The notes below the pieces were generated by a model that had not been told where the DNA came from, did no database searches, and worked only from the letters and a program-made list of their open reading frames with translations. From Orbicella franksi (taxonomy: Eukaryota): a stretch of 64,000 nucleotides of DNA. Location of the stretch: assembly GCA_964199315.1 (NCBI GenBank), contig OZ116704.1, positions 11,842,001-11,906,000 on the forward strand, read 5' to 3'. A program made the position numbers and the translations under genes. Shown here piece by piece: positions 59,001-64,000 of the stretch (position 1 is its first letter; every line of letters starts with the position of its first letter).

Positions 59001-61434
59001 AGCCATACTTCCAAAACGACAGTCATATATTTATCACATCGACTCTAGACGCATGCGGAATGACATGGAATCTTTCAGCTGACGGCAAGATGATCGTATA
59101 CAGCAACGCCATAACTGCTCTTGTACGCACTCAGAAGACACTGGGTTTGCACGCCACGCGAGATCACCAAGCAGTGTTCGAGTTTCAGTGCCGTTACAAA
59201 AGAAGGGCGGTTTTATCGATGGTATCATTCGACCCGTCCAAAATATTTGTCGTCACTGATATAGGTTAGTGAGGAATGTTAAAATATTTTGCATGTAAAC
59301 AATGGCAAACAATATAGAGAATGTTCAAGTCTGAGATTAAGGACACGCTGAGGACTTTAAGCAGTTCTTAGCTTTGGTTTTTTTTTGTCACAATACATAT
59401 TAAATTTCTTCTTTTCGCAATTTCTGTACCAGTGTTTAGCTTCATCTTTTGGTTTGTCGGTCTGTCTGTCTGTCCGTCTCTTTGTGTGCCTGCTTGATCG
59501 TTTAACTTTATAAAATGTGCTTTCTTTCGAATTATTTAGAGTTGTGTATTTGATTTCTAGTGTCTAAACATCGTGAAACGACAGGTTTTAATATGTCGAC
59601 GATTCTAAGCCACCCTATCATACGATTGGACGTTATAGCGGAGCTCCGGCGGCCCGAAGGGCCGCCAAGCGGTAAGCGCCAAGCGCCAAGTTAACGTGTG
59701 AGAAATTAACTTCCGGCTGTTTTCTGTCTGCTAATTAACTTTTACAAGAACGTTGCATAGTTTTATATTAGCGAAGCTCCAGCGGCCCGAAGGGCCGCTA
59801 AAGGGAGCCCCATACTCATATAGGAAAGAAAAGGAAACCCATGAGTTGATTTTCTCATGGTTATCACGGCTAACGGTATTGCTCGTGGGCGCGTACGCAC
59901 GACGGCGACGACGACGACGACGACGGAGTCACGCAAAATGGCCGTACTCCAAATAATAGGTTGACAGAGACATGCAGCCTTGGTTTACCGTGTACTTAAT
60001 TTGGCTCTGAACTACCCGGCCCAGGAACTACGTATTTAGGCTGGCCTAAATATATATATTTCCAGCTGTTAATATTGCAACCGTTTTTCGTTTTATCCTT
60101 TTCAGAGGCGTTTGGAAACTTCACGTTTGAGATGAACATGTTCAAAAGCGAAAACTTCAATGAGTATTACACGGAGTACCCAGTTGGACCAATAGACATC
60201 GGAACAGATATTTTCCTTCAGGTTTCAGTGACATCCAGGGATGCAGGACTTGTTGTGTTTGTGGATGAGTGTAAAGCCACTCCAACATCTGAATATCATG
60301 ATCAGATGCAGTTCATCTTTTTAGAGGATGGGTTAGTGACAATTATGTAATATATCAAACACGAAAGACCGTGTTTGACCAAATTTCCAAACACCGAGAT
60401 GAGAGTTAAAATACGACGCGCAGTGGAGTTCTCTGTGTCTGGAAATGTGGTCTATCACGGTCTTGAGTGTTGGATTTACCTTTTCAATCGAAACTAAAAC
60501 TGAGGAAAAAACAGAAAAAAATCGTAAAAATCTAGGCTAATTAACATCAGATATCCAAAACTGTCTGCATTGAAATGCTTATATGTACATGACGCATTGT
60601 TTCTTTACTTATTGATTGATTTATAACTTCAATTCCATTTATGCAGGTGTGCAAAAGACAACGCCCTTCGTTTTAACTACACCTTGTCGCCTGTTCAGCG
60701 TTTGATTTTGAGCGCGTTTCGTTTCAACGCTGTCAAGTCGAAAGAAATCTTCCTTCATTGTCTGGTAAAGGCTTGTCTTCGTTCAGACCAGTCGTCTCGT
60801 TGTGCCAAGGGATGTCCATTTAGCAAAAGAAAAAAGCGAGAATCAGAAAACGAGATTGAACGATTTTTGGCGCTTGGACCAATAATTGTTTCGTCTAATC
60901 AACCCAGTGAGATTACAGGTATGGCCTAAGTGATCTCTCCTGCAATAGAATGCGAGCAGTCTCTCTTTTGCTCGAAAGAACGCAAGCCAACAGAGGCGAG
61001 CGTCGATGCCACGAATAGCGCGGGCATGGGAAGACGAGCGAAGAGAGACTCGGAGATCCTTTTTTCGCTCTTCGTCCGACGTCTGCGTTACTTACTTGAA
61101 TTGAAGCTCGCAGTTTCGCCTCTGCTCGTTCGTTTGCGTTCTTCCTTCGCGGATCTCCAAGCAAAAGAGACTGCTCGCAATCTAGCCTAGCAATTGTTTC
61201 ACATGTATATTCTTACTAGTTTTCCTCGTCTCCCTTCCTTATTACCTTGCAGAGTCCTTGACACCAAAAGAGAGCACCGCTGTAATTGGTGTCGTAGCAG
61301 GACTACTTGGGTTCGTCGCGTTGTTACTCTTGGCAGCTCTTGTGGCCGTTATTTACAAGCGTCGTAAGAAACCTGACGTTACTGGGGCCGTTACTCTACC
61401 TCTTGTGCGTGACAATGTGCCGGGTCCTGGCTGA
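50047..61434 (+). CDS. Gene D: uromodulin/GP2-like D8C(D10C)-CUB-CUB-ZP transmembrane protein, about 797 aa, 12 exons
   Basis: Exons 50047-50107 (MFQLLLGIVILFHLVSTSTS, signal), 52932-53312 (10-Cys domain DPC...WYRFKGGAGLKMPDSC...CGTHSPGW...YVYQL...CDLQYC), 54127-54486 (CUB1), 54956-54982 (27 nt, SKVRCSQDK), 55950-56124 and 57504-57679 (CUB2, YCGCK), 57903-57989 (3-Cys module), 58513-58578 (Thr-rich), 58884-59264 (ZP-N, NAGNAG acceptor), 60106-60331 and 60647-60918 (ZP-C, furin RKKR, patch LALGPI), 61253-61434 (TM, TGA). Total 2394 nt = 798 codons with consistent phases. Confidence 0.88.
55030..55410 (-). mobile_element. Penelope-like element, 5'-truncated, antisense in a gene D intron
   Basis: Translation QFYEFKILKKCQGKFDCLIHEMLWIRKKKPSLNTQSDSIRAKVFV* (about 55403-55266), a typical Penelope GIY-YIG C-terminus (recall), followed by a hammerhead-like motif. 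Confidence 0.82.
55077..55117 (-). ncRNA. Minimal type-I hammerhead ribozyme, U3-A8 variant
   Basis: UAAC-UUGAAAA-U-GGUGCCA-GGA-UGACACC-GAA-ACGU-C-GUUG. Core with U3/A8 covariation, stem II GGUG/CACC, palindromic ACGU stem III, GUC cleavage triplet and a 4-bp stem I. Confidence 0.6.
56784..57197. mobile_element. 414-bp MITE with a 9-bp target-site duplication
   Basis: 19-bp terminal inverted repeat TA(G/C)CCTGCGAG(C/T)AGGCTCA. Direct repeat CACATTTCC at 56775-56783 and 57198-57206. Confidence 0.9.
59630..59960 (+). mobile_element. Interspersed repeat with two GAA-triloop hairpins and an internal (GAC)n run (Helentron/HINE-like?)
   Basis: 8-bp stems GGCGGCCC-GAA-GGGCCGCC (59648-59666) and AGCGGCCC-GAA-GGGCCGCT (59781-59799), plus a CGACGACGA tract. 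A second copy fragment is at 12715-12815. The superfamily is inference. Confidence 0.55.
60946..61184. mobile_element. MITE with TAG-TGCGAG termini
   Basis: Terminal inverted repeat TAGA(A/T)TGCGAGCAGTCTCT..TTTGCT. The flanks CTCCTGCAA and GCCTAGCAA are only partly similar. Confidence 0.7.
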
Positions 61435-61599
61435 GAGCTTTGCATCAAATTTGTTACTTTTGTAGAAGAAACCTAAGGTGGTTGGTCACAAAAGTCAAGG
61501 CTTGGTCCTCTCAGGAAAACATCATGGCTGTAAACTAAGTTACTATCGGGCAAAAAAGTCTCGATTTATCGGCGCTTACAGGGATAGCTAGGCGGAGAC

Positions 61600-61835
61600 G
61601 GCGTAACGGTTACCACCTTAGCCTCTAGTCAGGCTGGTCTGTGTTCTTGAGAAGGACACTTAACTCTCACAGTGCCTCTCTTCACCCAGGTGTAAAAATG
61701 GGTTCAATGAACCGTTCGAACCTGACAGAATACTAGGGCGAGGGAGGAACTGGACTAGCATCCCCCAAGGAGAGTATCAATACTCCTTCCCCTAGTTGCT
61801 TAATGTTACTGGGATCTAAGATAAGCTCCGGCGTT
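61600..61835 (+). mobile_element. SINE fragment with conserved core
   Basis: GACACTTAACTCTCACAGTGCCTCTCTTCACCCAGGTGTAAAAATGGGT...GGACTAGCATCCC resembles a widespread metazoan SINE core (recall). It lies in the 3' flank of gene D. Confidence 0.55.
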
Positions 61836-64000
61836 GTCCGGTAAAGGCATGGGCTAACGGCTTGGGCTCAAACGCGACCCAACTTAGAAGGATAGTTAAT
61901 TTGGGATGTTAATATTGCACAATTAAATGCTCTACCTAACTCCACTCAGTGAAGTATGAATAATGCACAAAACGAGTACACGCGATATTCGCAAGTTGTA
62001 TGAAAACCACTAACTACATGCAAATCAAAACACCGTTCAGGGTCTGGAAACAAGTAAAACGAAACTGTCGCGTAATAAAACTGATATTGAAAACTCAAGT
62101 GTGTAGTGCCGCTGTTTATTATATGGTAAGGTGGTCCGAGTATTCTGATTGGATCTTCCTTGGTAGGGATTCAGTGCTTTGAAACCTTGGACAATATCTG
62201 TTCCTCAAAGCTCACTGTTTTCCTCGAACTAAGCTTTCGGAAAAGTGTTTGCTTCTGGAAACAGATAATGTCCGCGGATAAATATCTCGGCAGATTTTCG
62301 CGCCAAATGGAGGCTATTTCGAACGGCTGAAAAAGCAGTTTTCGCTTACCGTATGCGAAAAAAAAGTCTGCAGTGTTTCCAAGTAAGGTTGAAACTTTAT
62401 TACTAAGCAAAAATCTCACATACGAAAATTTCGTTTCAGTGGCACTTTAAGCGGCCAGTAATTAAAGTCCCGATGGGGGCTTTTCTATTGTTTCTACCTC
62501 TGCTAAGCGGCCACTATCCATTTCTCCGAGGGTGGCCGCTTAAGAGGGAACTGTACTTACAATAACCTGTAAAGTTCCGTACAACAGCAGTTTACGATGC
62601 CGTAGTGGACAATTTGTTGTATATTTCTCTAACAAAAAAATTTCGATCGTGATTGGTTCTCGGTGTACCTATTTGGCACGTAATTGGCGCGCGATCTAGT
62701 GGATGTCCAATTACAACTTTTTGTGATTGGGTACCTGTACTTGGATAGCTACACCAATTGCACGTTAATTATGTGCGCTTTATGGCTTCCTCGTAAATGT
62801 TTCTTACTTTTTTTTAAACTTATTTAAAGCAATACTGACTTTTTCGTGCCAAAGTTCTTCAAATTACCCGCGCGAATATTCCTTGATTTTGTACTCCACT
62901 CAGTCCAATTATTATTACTAATAAAACAATTAATTATGATCCTGTTCAGTATGGGCCCGCAGTTTCAACTCGGCATGAGGCTGACGTCTAGATCGGGTAA
63001 TTATCGGACGATACTTCTTGCTATTTCGCTTGTAATTGCTCGTCGAGTGAGAAATCACAACTTATTTTACACGTGGTACTGACGTCACTGCAAAACTTCC
63101 TGTTGATCCACGAGATACCAAAATATTTATAAGAAGAAACTTCGGTATTGGAAATTTCCCGTCTCACTTCTGATCCTGGTAAACGTATTGGTTTCTGTAA
63201 GTACATTTGTGTTTACATTTGGTGACGGTAATTTCCACTATGATTCGCTAATCTTATTTTCTATCACCAAGAGTAATTTTTTTTCTTCAAATACCTTATT
63301 ACATTCGATAATGTCCGTTAGTGCAACAGTGTTTCCAAAGTCTCAATAACTAGCAATTTCCAACGCTCTACTAAAATCGAAAATGAATTTTTCAACGTTC
63401 AAATACACAAACAAAAAACTGCGCTAACTTTAACTTAGCCTGCAAGGAAAAGAATTCAGTCCACTCAGAATTCCGACTAATTTATGTGAAGGAATTTAGC
63501 CTCTTGAACACAATTTTAAATATTGAGACTGAAAGCCCAATTAACACGTTAACTCTGTTCACACTTTTTTCAAACTAAAACCTCATCAAAAATGTTTCGA
63601 CAAAGCACTAATGAGGTTGGTCCAGAGGTTGTCCTTGTTAGAAAAACTGGAAGTTTTTCAAAATCCAGAAGAAACCTTTTCTGCAGATAGAAATATTGTG
63701 ACAAATGTCCCTGTAGAGGCCAATATTGTAAAGTGCGACGCCAAACAAATGATAGCTTTCGATCATAAGCTTAATCGTGTAATTATGACAGCTAAACCAC
63801 ATTTGCAAAGGCGTTTTACCGATAAGGCATTTTACCGTAAAATGTGCGAAACCAATCCGGAGCAGGTGAACAATATAAAGACCTACACAACTGAATACTT
63901 TGAGAAAACATCTCGAAACTACAGTTGATGTTCGTAGCTTTAAACTACATGCCTAAGGCTTTTATAGTAACAAAATGGTAACAAGAAGGGGAAACTCTAC

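Noticed and set aside
63611-63928. 105-aa plus-strand ORF near the right edge
   Set aside because: No recognisable motif or splice context; it may be a transposon relic.

Overview
This is AT-rich, intron-rich, repeat-rich eukaryotic DNA. The gene families and repeat types suggest a cnidarian, probably a stony coral (inference). By reading splice sites by hand I reconstructed a cluster of four secreted, membrane-anchored ZP-family paralogues, mostly hidden from the ORF track by splicing. Three are in tandem on the minus strand: gene 1 (partial, signal-CUB-...), gene A (signal-CUB-CUB-Cys module-ZP-TM, about 655 aa) and gene B (signal-Calx-beta-ZP-TM, about 503 aa). One is inverted on the plus strand: gene D (signal-UMOD/GP2-type D8C/D10C-CUB-CUB-Cys module-Thr stalk-ZP-TM, about 797 aa). 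Their N-terminal modules are bounded by phase-1 introns and differ between paralogues, while the ZP-furin-TM chassis is shared. Two intronless genes sit inside the cluster: a 561-aa atypical short-chain dehydrogenase of a mainly microbial-looking type (horizontal-transfer candidate) and a melatonin-receptor-like class A GPCR. Introns and spacers carry an EnSpm/CACTA-like element, MITEs with 8- and 9-bp target-site duplications, tRNA-derived SINEs, two Penelope-like 3' fragments with hammerhead-ribozyme motifs, microsatellites and one 180-N assembly gap. All family assignments come from motif recognition and recall; no database search was run.
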